A DNA stretch of 64,000 bases from Candidatus Multivoradales bacterium (GTDB taxonomy: Bacteria > Acidobacteriota > Thermoanaerobaculia > Multivoradales > JAHEKO01), in NCBI GenBank assembly GCA_965223155.1, contig CBDCVR010000014.1:928001-992000 (forward strand). Direction: 5' to 3'. The translations under genes were made by a program, and so were the position numbers. The notes beneath the pieces were generated by a model. The model worked only from the letters and a program-made list of their open reading frames with translations. It made no database searches and had not been told where the DNA came from. Positions 47,262 to 56,522 of the stretch are shown piece by piece (positions within the stretch are counted from its first letter, which is position 1; every line of letters begins with the position of its first letter).

Positions 47262-48959
47262 CTAGCGAGAGATCACGAACTCGTCGAGGACGATCGAGCC
47301 CGAGCTTCCCGCGGGCGAGCCTCCGGGCAAGCCCGCATCCAGGCTGGTCACCACGAAACCGCTGTTGGAGAGGTTCTGCGCTGCTCCCCGGCCTCGGTTC
47401 TTCTTGACCAATCGAGCTCGACCTCCCCGGGACCACTCGATGGCGAGGGGCACGGCCCGCGAAGCCGGAACCGGCGTCCGAGCCACCAGCCGCTCGCCGC
47501 CGTCTTCCGTGGCAAAGAGCGAAGCCCGGTAGCGCCGGTTTCCAACTTGCTCGAGCTCCAATCGCGCAACCGTCCGCGCGCCGTTTCGAAGCCTCAGAAC
47601 GTCCGCCGCGCCGCGTCCCAGATCGACACCGTTGGCATCCAGGAAGAAGCTCACTGTGAGGTTGTCCTCCCGACGCGGGGCCGTCGTCCGGACGAACGAC
47701 CTCCCGGAACCGGCGCCCACCGCCAGGGCGAAGTCCGAGCGGCCGAAGCCCGGCTGCACGACCTCGACAGCGCCACCTGCGCGCCATGCGGAAAGGTCGC
47801 CCGACTCGAAGCCGTCCGCGAAGATCTGATTCCCGACGATGCGGTACACCGCGCCCGAAAGATCGACGACGTAGACCTCGCCATCGGCGTCCTCTCCGAA
47901 GCTCGAGATCGAAAGCGAGGTCTGGAGCAGGACACGAGAGACCCAACGCCCGTTCGCGCCAGGTTCGGCACCCCATATCGTGCCCGCGCAGAAGTCGCCG
48001 TAGATGTAGAGGCCATTGAGATCGGTCGATCGGGTCCCCCGATGGCGAAAGCCGCCGGTAACCGAACACCCCAGCGCATGGCTGTACTCGAGAATGGGCA
48101 GCTCCAGCCGGCTCGTATTGCAGCCCGTCGGAGGCTGGAAGCACCGCGACCCCTCCATGCGACGCCAGCCATAGTTCTCACCGCCGCGACTTCGCGCCAG
48201 CTGCCGGTTGACCTCCTCGACGGTGCGCTGACCGACGTCCGCTACGAACAGGTCGCCAGTTTCGCGGTCGAAGCTAAAGCGCCAGGGGTTGCGCAGCCCG
48301 TACGCCCAGATCTCCGGACGGGCACCGGACTCGGCAAGGAACGGATTGTCGGGAGGAATCGCAGCCGGCAGGCGGTCTACGTCCACCCGGAGCAGCTTGC
48401 CCAGGAGATTGCTCAGGTTCTGAGCGTTGTTCTGCGGGTCGCCACCCGAGCCCCCGTCTCCGGTGGCGATATAGAGGTAGCCGTCCGGCCCGAAGGCCAG
48501 ATGTCCGCCATTGTGATTGGCAAATGGTTGGTCGAAACCCAAGACGCGGCGTTCCGATCCTGGATCGGCGCGATTCGGGTCAGCCGAGACCCGAAACCGA
48601 GCGACGACCGAATCCCCCGAGAGATCGGTGTAGTTGACGAAGAAGAAGCCGTTGTCCGCGTACCCGGGATGAAACGCAAGACCCAGGAGACCCCGCTCTC
48701 GACAACAAGAGACCTTTCCGGTCAGATCCAGAAACGGCTCCGATCGGACGTTGCCCCGATTCAGGACCTTGATCCTGCCGCCCTGCTCCACCAGGAAAAG
48801 ACGACCGGAACCATCTTCCGCCGAAACGACGCCTACAGGCCGATCGAGGCCTGAGGCCACGGGCTCCAACGTCACGGAACCTTGAGCGGTCGCAGCCCCC
48901 GGCAGCCAGAGAGCGGCGGCGCTCAGCATCAGGCACGCTCGACGAAACATGCTCGCCAT
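47262..48959 (-). CDS. PQQ-dependent sugar dehydrogenase (GSDH) family protein with extra C-terminal domain
   Basis: ERGLLGLAFHP, NHNGG.L.FGPDGYLY..GDGG, YGLRNPWRFSFD, DVGQ, then IFADGFESGDLSAW and about 150 aa of beta-rich sequence. Confidence 0.9.
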   Translation of the reverse strand: MASMFRRACLMLSAAALWLPGAATAQGSVTLEPVASGLDRPVGVVSAEDGSGRLFLVEQGGRIKVLNRGNVRSEPFLDLTGKVSCCRERGLLGLAFHPGYADNGFFFVNYTDLSGDSVVARFRVSADPNRADPGSERRVLGFDQPFANHNGGHLAFGPDGYLYIATGDGGSGGDPQNNAQNLSNLLGKLLRVDVDRLPAAIPPDNPFLAESGARPEIWAYGLRNPWRFSFDRETGDLFVADVGQRTVEEVNRQLARSRGGENYGWRRMEGSRCFQPPTGCNTSRLELPILEYSHALGCSVTGGFRHRGTRSTDLNGLYIYGDFCAGTIWGAEPGANGRWVSRVLLQTSLSISSFGEDADGEVYVVDLSGAVYRIVGNQIFADGFESGDLSAWRAGGAVEVVQPGFGRSDFALAVGAGSGRSFVRTTAPRREDNLTVSFFLDANGVDLGRGAADVLRLRNGARTVARLELEQVGNRRYRASLFATEDGGERLVARTPVPASRAVPLAIEWSRGGRARLVKKNRGRGAAQNLSNSGFVVTSLDAGLPGGSPAGSSGSIVLDEFVISR

Positions 48960-49088
48960 TCTGACACCCTCGAATCGCAAGTCTCGTGCCGCGGGTGGCG
49001 CAGGCCGGACCGGGGGTGGCTGGGGCGGACAAGAGCCACCAAGAACCTACTTCAGGTAGACGGAGGCCTCATAAACTACTGGTTCTCT

Positions 49089-49136
49089 TGGTGGAGCCGA
49101 TCGGGATCGAACCGACGACCTCTTGAATGCCATTCA
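49089..49136 (-). tRNA. 3' half of tRNA-Ala(GGC): truncated copy / att site
   Basis: Minus strand TGAATGGCATTCAAGAGGTCGTCGGTTCGATCCCGATCGGCTCCACCA gives the anticodon loop (GGC), T-arm and CCA. The D-arm and 5' acceptor strand are absent. Confidence 0.88.
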
Positions 49137-49299
49137 GATAGTCAAACTCTGCGGGGCTTGGATCCCCTTTGATTTCGGCCTTATATATCTGGCTCTTCGA
49201 GCGTCGAACCTGCTAGAATCTGCTGCGGTTTGAGCCACTCTGCTTGCTATTTGATTGCTGATAGCCAGGCAGATCGAGTAGGCTGAGCCGTCCAATCGG

Positions 49300-50538
49300 A
49301 TGCGGAAGCGGATCACGAAGCGCTCTGTCGACGCCCTGAAGCCCGGCGCTCGGGACGCCTTTCTCTGGGACACCGACCTCACCGGCTTCGGCTGCAAGGT
49401 CACACCCAAGGGCCGCAAGGTCTACGTACTCCAGTACCGACCACGCGGCCAAGGCTGGAAGACTGCGCCGAAGCGAGTCACCATCGGCAAGCACGGCGAC
49501 CTGACTCCGGAGAAGGCCCGCAAGATCGCCTCCGAGCTCCTCTTCGAGGTGAAGTCGGGCGCCGACCCGGCAGCGGCCTGGAAGCCGGGCGAGGCGCCCA
49601 CCGTGGCGGATCTCGCCGAGCGCTTTATCCACGAGTACCTCCCCAACAAGAAGAGGCCGCCGCGGGACTCGACAGTCTGCTACTACGAGTTGCTCTTTCG
49701 CTGCCACGTCGTGCCCAGCCTCGGAGGCAAACGCGTCGAGGCCGTCGGCCCGGCCGACCTCGAACGGCTACACGCGCAGATGCGCAACACGCCGTACGTC
49801 GCCAACCGGACGCTGTCTCTCCTGCAGAACGCCTTCGACCAGGCGGAGCGTTGGGGGTGGCGTCCGCAAGCATCGAATCCGGCAGTGCACGTCGACAAGT
49901 ACCCCGAGGAGCGCCGTGGTGCCAAGAAGGAAGTCATGCTGACCCCCGAGCAAATGGCCACGCTCCTCGAGGCCATCGATGCTGAAGAGGAAGCGGGTGT
50001 GAACCCGATTGCCTGCGCAGCGATCCGCGTCGCCTTCTGGAGCGGCTGGAGAATCGGCGAAGTCCTGAGCCTGCAATGGGCTCACCTCGACCTCGAGAGT
50101 GGCGCCGCGAAGCTCCTGAACACGAAGACGGCAACCGAAGAACATCGCCACCTTCCCACCGAAGCGGTAGGTCTGCTAAAGGACCTTGCACGATTGGCTG
50201 GTTCGCCCTGGGCCTTCCCCGGTCGCTCGCCAAACAGACACCTGACCACCGTACGGAGGACGTGGATCCGCATTCGTGAGCGAGCCGGCCTAGATGACCT
50301 TGAAGGCCTTGGTGCGCTCCGAATCCACGACTTGCGGCACAACGTCGTTAGCTGGGACGTTTCCCGGGGTGTCCCCCTCGAGATTGCCGGCAAGACTGTC
50401 GGCCACCGCTCGCGGCGTGCTACTGAGGTCTATGCCCACTTTGCGCCAGACGCTCTCAAGCGTGCCGCGGATGCGCGCGCGAAGGCAATGCGCACCGCTC
50501 TCGAGAAGGGCGTGCGAAGCATGGGCGATTCGAACTGA
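49300..50538 (+). CDS. Tyrosine recombinase/integrase with N-terminal arm-binding domain
   Basis: LWD..LTGFG.KV..G.K.Y..QYR arm domain; catalytic R (GWRIGE), K (NTKT), HDLRH, GH, Y (TEVYAH). Confidence 0.95.
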   Translation: MRKRITKRSVDALKPGARDAFLWDTDLTGFGCKVTPKGRKVYVLQYRPRGQGWKTAPKRVTIGKHGDLTPEKARKIASELLFEVKSGADPAAAWKPGEAPTVADLAERFIHEYLPNKKRPPRDSTVCYYELLFRCHVVPSLGGKRVEAVGPADLERLHAQMRNTPYVANRTLSLLQNAFDQAERWGWRPQASNPAVHVDKYPEERRGAKKEVMLTPEQMATLLEAIDAEEEAGVNPIACAAIRVAFWSGWRIGEVLSLQWAHLDLESGAAKLLNTKTATEEHRHLPTEAVGLLKDLARLAGSPWAFPGRSPNRHLTTVRRTWIRIRERAGLDDLEGLGALRIHDLRHNVVSWDVSRGVPLEIAGKTVGHRSRRATEVYAHFAPDALKRAADARAKAMRTALEKGVRSMGDSN

Positions 50539-50752
50539 CTCGGTCCCAGCATGCCCGAAAAGTGCGCTGGTCGCATCAGGAGAAGTCGCAGACAGCCTGC
50601 CCAAGGGACCTCAACTCGCCCCGCGGTGCCCCCCTGTTGCTCGGGTTTGGAGTCCGAGGGTCTTCGACCTGAGCCGACCTTCGGTGATTCCTCTTGACCC
50701 TTCTTCCCTTCCGAAGCCAGGGCATCACTTTCAGGAGACGCTTGATCTTGAC

Positions 50753-52183
50753 CTACCTTACTCTGAACCCTCTTGCAGACTCCTCGCCCATAATGGTGTC
50801 CCTCCAGAACCGGTTCTTCCTGATCGGGACGGCTCTTTCATTCCTGAAAGCCGGATCCTCAAGATTGCGCCTGATGTGTTCGCTCACAGCTGAGAGCCGC
50901 TCACTATTCGAACGCACAATGAAGTCGCGACACCTACTTCGGACGCGATAGTGCGCAACCAGTCCCGGTTGCTCCCACACAAACTCGACCACGTGCAAAA
51001 TAAAATCTTCCGTGTTTCGAACAGTCAAGTCACTGTCGGCAGCCCAGCCCAAGAAGTCGTCCACCGGCAAGAAGGTGAACTCAGGTTCTACCCTTGCAGA
51101 AGGCCTCGGTGCTGCTCTTTCGTCTACTTCAGCGCGAGTCGTCGCTGCGCGATCTACCTGCTCTCGCGCTTCAGGCTTCGAGACCCTGAACATCACGATT
51201 GCAGTCGTCGCGAGAACCACGACCACCAGAACCGCTGCTAGTCCAAGCGCCCACCGCGCAGGCTTCCGTAGACGCCTCCAAGGCTTCCCGAGCCCCCCCT
51301 CACCGTGTCTATCTCCAGCGACCGCTCCTCCCCAATAGTCCTCAGTCTCCACTGGCTCCCTGATCACGATCGGCTCAGGCCTTCCTTCGTCCTGACTACC
51401 CGGATAAGTCTCTGCCGGCCTGCTGAGCCTAGTCGCAGCTCGCCGGAGAAAGGCACCACAAGCCTCCATCTCCTCAGCCAGTCCTTCGATTCTCTCAACT
51501 ACCGCCGCAAGTTCAGCCTCCACCTGCGATCCACCCACTTCTCCTCTCGCCGCCGCTACGCCACGCTCCCTTCTCTCCTCCTCGACTACCCTGAGCTCTG
51601 GGGCATTTGAGGCTATCCGAACGACTCCGAACCTTTCGAAGACACCTCGTAGAACATCCTCTTTCGTTGCTTCTCCAACAGCCCCACGCTCGACACGCCC
51701 ATCCGGAGTGTTCTCCCCGAGTGCTGGCGCGACCCTGAACCAGTTTGCTGCAACTTCCTCGATCTGCCGGATTGCGCCCGTAATCCTCTCCCCAACCTCC
51801 TCGAACGACCGCGGCAGAAAGTACAGCGCCCCTTCCCGACCTCTGCCCAGTAGGAATCCGCTTTCTACGAATGCATCAATGGCTCTCTCGAAGACCCTCG
51901 CGCGCACGTCGCCTAATCTGATCGGCGAGCGCCCTTCTACCTTGAGCGCAATGCCAAAACATGCGCCCTCTCTGCCAGTCTTCGACTCCCTTACCGTATA
52001 GCGAACAAAGACGACCTCAAGAACTCCCCCTCTTTTCCGAGCCTCAAGTATCCACTCGGGTCGATCATCCGCTCGACCAAGATAGTACTTCTGGTAGTTA
52101 CCCCCCGGATAACTACTGAAACCGTCGACCGGCTTGCCGAAGATCTCTACCCGCGTCCTTGGCCTAACCTCTCCTCGTCCCAT
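50753..52183 (-). CDS. Single-TM protein with N-terminal alpha/beta domain (GAP1-like?) and coiled coil
   Basis: VEIFGKP..F...GREGACFGIAL N-domain, coiled coil, TM WALGLAAVLVVVVLATTAIVMF, C-terminal domain; 7 nt downstream of the GTPase gene. Confidence 0.7.
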   Translation of the reverse strand: MGRGEVRPRTRVEIFGKPVDGFSSYPGGNYQKYYLGRADDRPEWILEARKRGGVLEVVFVRYTVRESKTGREGACFGIALKVEGRSPIRLGDVRARVFERAIDAFVESGFLLGRGREGALYFLPRSFEEVGERITGAIRQIEEVAANWFRVAPALGENTPDGRVERGAVGEATKEDVLRGVFERFGVVRIASNAPELRVVEEERRERGVAAARGEVGGSQVEAELAAVVERIEGLAEEMEACGAFLRRAATRLSRPAETYPGSQDEGRPEPIVIREPVETEDYWGGAVAGDRHGEGGLGKPWRRLRKPARWALGLAAVLVVVVLATTAIVMFRVSKPEAREQVDRAATTRAEVDERAAPRPSARVEPEFTFLPVDDFLGWAADSDLTVRNTEDFILHVVEFVWEQPGLVAHYRVRSRCRDFIVRSNSERLSAVSEHIRRNLEDPAFRNERAVPIRKNRFWRDTIMGEESARGFRVR

Positions 52184-52190
52184 TCTAGAC

Positions 52191-53027
52191 CTAGGAGAAC
52201 CACCCGCCCTTCACACAATCATGAACGGCTTTCCACAGCGTCTTCGGGTAGTGGCCCGCCGACATCGAGTATGTCGCCCTCTCGCCGGTTGCGTCACTAG
52301 CGAACTGCCCGGCCGAGAACGGCACGAAATGCACCTTCCTAAGATTGCTGCTCTCGAGAAAAGTGCGGAGTGGCCCGAACGCCTTATTCCTATACAGAGA
52401 GTCCCTTACTTCCTTATAGATTGGCTTGCCACCTCGCAACCATGAGCCAGTATCGACCTTATTCAGTACGAGAATTACACGATCGCGCTTGGTGTCGGCA
52501 TGAGACCGTAGCGTCGCAACAAGACTGTTTGAGTATCGCGTCAGCAGTTCCTGATCACCGATCATTGCCGGCTCGAAGAACAGCATATAGACCTTCCGGT
52601 AGTCACCTTGGAAGATCTCCCGCAGGTAGTGGGGATGGGCCGCTTTCTCCCCACGACCCCTAGGAAGGAAGTGCTCGCCCGGCGCTTCTAGGAACTGGCA
52701 GTAGCGACTACCCCGGTAGCCGATGTTCACCAGGAGAAAGTCCAGGGCAGCCGTACTATCTGGAGCGAGGATATCTTCGGCTCGCTGCTCGTCGAAGAGC
52801 TCAACTGTACTGGCGTAGTCTGGATCATCACGGAAATGCGGCTCAGCCTCTACACTGAACTCTGATGAGATGTAATGGCACAGACGAAGAAGGGTCACCG
52901 TCTTGCCGATTCTCGTTGGACCATACAGAATCACAACTGGCCCTGTAACGCTCGCGATTCGAACGAGCTCTACATCACGCTCTTCGCGGGGCTCGCTCCG
53001 AAAATCCATGCTTTGCTCGTCCGTCAT
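52191..53027 (-). CDS. Atypical TRAFAC-class GTPase
   Basis: G1 GPTRIGKT, G2 Thr, G3 variant EAPGE, G4 NKVD, G5 FSAG. Confidence 0.8.
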   Translation of the reverse strand: MTDEQSMDFRSEPREERDVELVRIASVTGPVVILYGPTRIGKTVTLLRLCHYISSEFSVEAEPHFRDDPDYASTVELFDEQRAEDILAPDSTAALDFLLVNIGYRGSRYCQFLEAPGEHFLPRGRGEKAAHPHYLREIFQGDYRKVYMLFFEPAMIGDQELLTRYSNSLVATLRSHADTKRDRVILVLNKVDTGSWLRGGKPIYKEVRDSLYRNKAFGPLRTFLESSNLRKVHFVPFSAGQFASDATGERATYSMSAGHYPKTLWKAVHDCVKGGWFS

Positions 53028-53079
53028 GCTCTCGCACCTCTCCTATCAATCATTGTGTCTTGAAACCAAGCAGCTCCGG

Positions 53080-54144
53080 CTACGCGTAACTGTCCTCGCG
53101 CCTCAAGACGCCGAAGTAGAACAAGATAAACGCCGCTACGTCCAGAGTAATGGCCCAAAGCAATGAAAGCCAGAACTTCCAAGTTTCGAACTTTCCTGAT
53201 AGGAAGTCTTTCCAGGAACTAGCAATGTTCTCGAGTCGGATGCTCCCGGGCACGGATGGCAGCTCTTGCAGCGAAAGAGTGGATCGTCTAGCAAGCTCTG
53301 GAAGCTCAAAGCCCTGCTTAACCAAATCTACAGCCTCGTTGTAGGTCGAGAATGCGGTACGCAAGAGCTCCTTCAGATCTAGGATCTCCATGTTGTGAAT
53401 GCCCTGGTCAAGGGCATCACTCACTTGTGTGAGAACGGCTCCATATTTGGGCCGCTCAAGATACGCACTGATTGAGGCTAGGCTGCTGTCGATCTCGCGC
53501 ATTCTTGTATCTGATAGAGAGCGAACTTGGTCGGCCATCGAGTTCGCGTAAACCTCCCAGCCACTCATTCCAGTCCCCGGTCTATCGAGGCGCTGAACCT
53601 CCCGCTGAAGAAGCGCCTCTATTTGAGCGATGACTTTCTCGGTTTCGACGGAGTGGCCGGGGTCACCCGGGTTGGTAATCTCCGCTTTCATCTTCAAGAT
53701 GAGGGCCTCAAGTTCCTCACGGAAGGATTCCCTAGCCGCGTCCCCGGCCACAAGCGCCTTATCGCGAAGGAGATTCAGCGCACTTTGCACAGTAGCAGCC
53801 TCCTCACGGCGCAAGTCGTCAGCAGCCATGACGAAGTAGAAGTTATGCGTGTTGCTCGTGAGGCTCACGAACCACAAGAAGAGAAAGCCGATAAAGCCAA
53901 CGATGGCGAGGAGTGCTCGCCTGGGTTCATAGCCCGGTGAAAAGGCCTGCTTGATGAGCATCAGACATGTTGCCGCTCCAAGTAGGGCGGCCAGACCGAT
54001 GATGTAGCAGAAGGTGCGGGGCAGGAGCGTTGTCCGCCATATCGATTCACCCGTAGCCCAAACGCTGGCCGCGGTGAAGATCGCGTAAAGAACAAACGAA
54101 ATCGCCTGACCACGCGTCCAACCTGCCTCAAGTGGATTGCGCAT
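53080..54144 (-). CDS. Membrane protein with 3 N-terminal TMs, long helical region and 1 C-terminal TM (DUF4407-like topology)
   Basis: Hydrophobic segments at about aa 13-31, 44-63, 77-95 and 323-345; GGAGGAG RBS; first gene of the GTPase operon. Confidence 0.8.
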   Translation of the reverse strand: MRNPLEAGWTRGQAISFVLYAIFTAASVWATGESIWRTTLLPRTFCYIIGLAALLGAATCLMLIKQAFSPGYEPRRALLAIVGFIGFLFLWFVSLTSNTHNFYFVMAADDLRREEAATVQSALNLLRDKALVAGDAARESFREELEALILKMKAEITNPGDPGHSVETEKVIAQIEALLQREVQRLDRPGTGMSGWEVYANSMADQVRSLSDTRMREIDSSLASISAYLERPKYGAVLTQVSDALDQGIHNMEILDLKELLRTAFSTYNEAVDLVKQGFELPELARRSTLSLQELPSVPGSIRLENIASSWKDFLSGKFETWKFWLSLLWAITLDVAAFILFYFGVLRREDSYA

Positions 54145-54310
54145 AACTCCTCCCCCAAGCGCCTCGTAGATCGAAGCGATGAATAGCTCTAAGAGTCGGT
54201 TACCACAAGACTAGCACGCGCTTGAAGAACGGCACAAGCCTCCGAGGCACAGGCCAACTCTCGGTCCGGCGGTGAACGGCTTGTGGCCACGGAGAGGGCA
54301 AGGCTCTGCC

Positions 54311-54628
54311 TGTACGGCTACATACTAGGTACGTAGCCTACACTGGCCCACTGGTCTCGGCTGACGGCTCGGCCTAGTCTCGTTCGGCACGGGTTCCCCA
54401 CGTCGTCGGGCACACGCCCGACCCCGGACTTTTTCCGCCCTAGCCGGCCGGACTATCGGGCCTGCGGTCTCGCGACTGCGAGAACCGCGGCCAAAAGCCC
54501 GGGGTCGGCCGCTCGCCTCCGTTCGCCACGGCGAATTCGCCACCCGGAGGGTGGCCGGAGCCGTCCGACGACGTGGGGGACTAGCCTGTTCTGGGCTGAC
54601 GCCCCACGAAGGGCAGACTGGCTAGGCC
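54311..54628. other. Nested inverted-repeat non-coding region
   Basis: CCCCACGTCGTCGG (54396-54409) pairs with 54565-54578; CCGACCCCGG (54418-54427) with 54499-54508; inner hairpin 54464-54488; GGCCTAG (54371) with CTAGGCC (54622); separate IR at 54311-54342. Confidence 0.7.
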
Positions 54629-54831
54629 TCGATGACCTCGCAACTCTCTTCCCTGCCGCCCACCTCGACCAGCGCTTCGAGGCATTCCCTCGCGAGCGCA
54701 ACCTGCGGTTCACCTATCGGCTCGTACCGGAGCTCCCCATCCTGCTGCACACTTGCCTCGAGCCGCCTCGCTAGCGCGAGGCGCTCGGCGACTGGTAGCT
54801 CCAAGAGCTTCTTGACTTCGTCTTGATCCAT
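54622..54831 (-). CDS. Putative addiction-module antitoxin (TIGR02574-like)
   Basis: MDQDEVKKLLELPVAERLALARRLEASV matches the L.LP..ERL.LA..L..S pattern; GGAAGG RBS. Confidence 0.6.
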   Translation of the reverse strand: MDQDEVKKLLELPVAERLALARRLEASVQQDGELRYEPIGEPQVALARECLEALVEVGGREESCEVIEA

Positions 54832-55069
54832 ACCTTCCAGCGTACGCCTGTCCAGCGACTTTGCAAGCAGCCTTGGGTATACTGATTCAAGACCCCCGTA
54901 CACGGTTCGGAAACCGATCCCTACTGCCTTGCCGGCTCGGTCACCCATAACGACCCGGCAAAGCCACCTGTGAATAGGACGTGGGGGCAGGTAGCTTGCG
55001 CGGCAAGCGTGGCGTTGCGTCCTATTCGCCATAGCTGCGGCGCTAGGAGTAGGGGTCGGCTTCGGAACC

Positions 55070-56335
55070 ATGAGCGAAATCACCTACATCGGCGAGCGAA
55101 CTCCCTGGGGCGAGCCCCGGTTGTTCGGCGTGGAACGAGTCGATCGCCGGCAGCACGTCTACGTGGTCGGAAAGACCGGGCTCGGAAAGACAACGCTCCT
55201 TCGGAACCTTCTTCTCCAGGACATTCACCGAGGGGAAGGCGTCGGACTGATCGACCCCCACGGTGATCTCGCCGACGAGCTCCTCGATCACATTCCTTCG
55301 CACCGAGCCAACGACGTCCTCTACTTCAACCCGGCCGATCTCGAGTTCCCTATCGGGATGAACCTCCTTCGAGCTGCGTCACGCGACGAGGCGCATCTGG
55401 TCGTCTCGACCACCGTTTCCGCGTTCAAGCACCTCTGGGCCGACTCCTGGGGGCCTCGCCTCGAATACATTCTCGCGAATGCGCTAGCCGCGCTCGTCGA
55501 AAAGGGGCGAAGCACGCTGCTCGAGGTTCAACGGATGGCGTCCGATGAGCGTTTTCGAGCTCGCGTAGCCCAGCGCATCAAGGATCCAGTGGTTCGGAAG
55601 TTTTGGCTCGAGGAGTTTACCGAGTACGACAAACGCTTCCGCGCTGAGGCCGTCGCGCCAATCCAGAACAAACTGGGCCGATTCCTGGCTTCCGCACCCC
55701 TTCGGAACATCCTGGGCCAGGTTCGGAACTCGCTCGATCTTCCGTTCTTGATGGACAATCAAAGAATCCTGATCGCAAACCTCTCCAAGGGAACGCTGGG
55801 AGAAGACAAGGCGTCTCTTCTCGGTTCCCTCCTCGTAGCAAGCTTTCACCTGGCAGCAGTGGGCCGCGCGAAAACTCCGGAGGCCGAGCGACAGGACTTC
55901 TACCTCTACATCGACGAGTTTCAGAATTTCACAACGGACGCCTTCGCCACGATCCTCTCCGAAGCTCGGAAGTACCGGCTCAACCTCACGCTGGCGCACC
56001 AGTACCTCGACCAGCTGCCGCTCGAGACACGACAAGCCGTCTTCGGTAACGCCGGGACGTTGGTCAGTTTTGGTGTTGGTTCGGCCGATGCCGAGATCCT
56101 CGCGCCGAACTTTTCACCGATTGGGCCAGGGGCCCTTACCGACCTCGGGAAGTACCAGGCCTACGTGCGTCTCCTTTCTGAGGGCGAAGTGAGTTCGCCG
56201 TTTCGGGCGGAGATGTTCCCTCCTCTTGATACTTACTCAGGTGTGCGGGCCCAAGTCAAACGGCTCTCCCGAGAGCGGTTCGGGCGTCCCAGAGTCGATG
56301 TTGAGTCGCTGGTCTCGGACAGGCTCATTCGTTAG
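55070..56335 (+). CDS. VirD4/TrwB-like (coupling-protein family) ATPase without TM anchor
   Basis: H.YVVGKTGLGKTT, IDPHGDL, WGPRLEYIL, LYIDEFQNF, SEARKYRL..AHQY, GNAGT. Confidence 0.88.
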   Translation: MSEITYIGERTPWGEPRLFGVERVDRRQHVYVVGKTGLGKTTLLRNLLLQDIHRGEGVGLIDPHGDLADELLDHIPSHRANDVLYFNPADLEFPIGMNLLRAASRDEAHLVVSTTVSAFKHLWADSWGPRLEYILANALAALVEKGRSTLLEVQRMASDERFRARVAQRIKDPVVRKFWLEEFTEYDKRFRAEAVAPIQNKLGRFLASAPLRNILGQVRNSLDLPFLMDNQRILIANLSKGTLGEDKASLLGSLLVASFHLAAVGRAKTPEAERQDFYLYIDEFQNFTTDAFATILSEARKYRLNLTLAHQYLDQLPLETRQAVFGNAGTLVSFGVGSADAEILAPNFSPIGPGALTDLGKYQAYVRLLSEGEVSSPFRAEMFPPLDTYSGVRAQVKRLSRERFGRPRVDVESLVSDRLIR

Positions 56336-56522
56336 CAACCTCTTGCCGCCAGCTCTTGGCCAGCCTCGAACTCAGAGTTGCTCTAGTTGCTCTTGACAGC
56401 AGGGACGGATATGCTGCTGGCAGTTTCCACAAGACAACTCTGGTGCTGCGGCGAGCATGGCCGCGAATCGACCGAGCTTCTTGCGAGCGGCGCCGCCGTC
56501 AACTCGAAGGGAGTACGAGTAC

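Noticed and set aside
2036-48854. Many long antisense or alternate-frame ORFs (e.g. 2036-4615, 15340-17391, 24366-26525, 24662-27196, 35838-37835, 47145-48854)
   Set aside because: They shadow well-supported genes, lack family motifs and are expected in high-GC DNA.
49089-49136. Complete functional tRNA-Ala gene
   Set aside because: Similarity stops within the anticodon stem; D-arm and 5' acceptor strand are missing, so it is treated as an att remnant.
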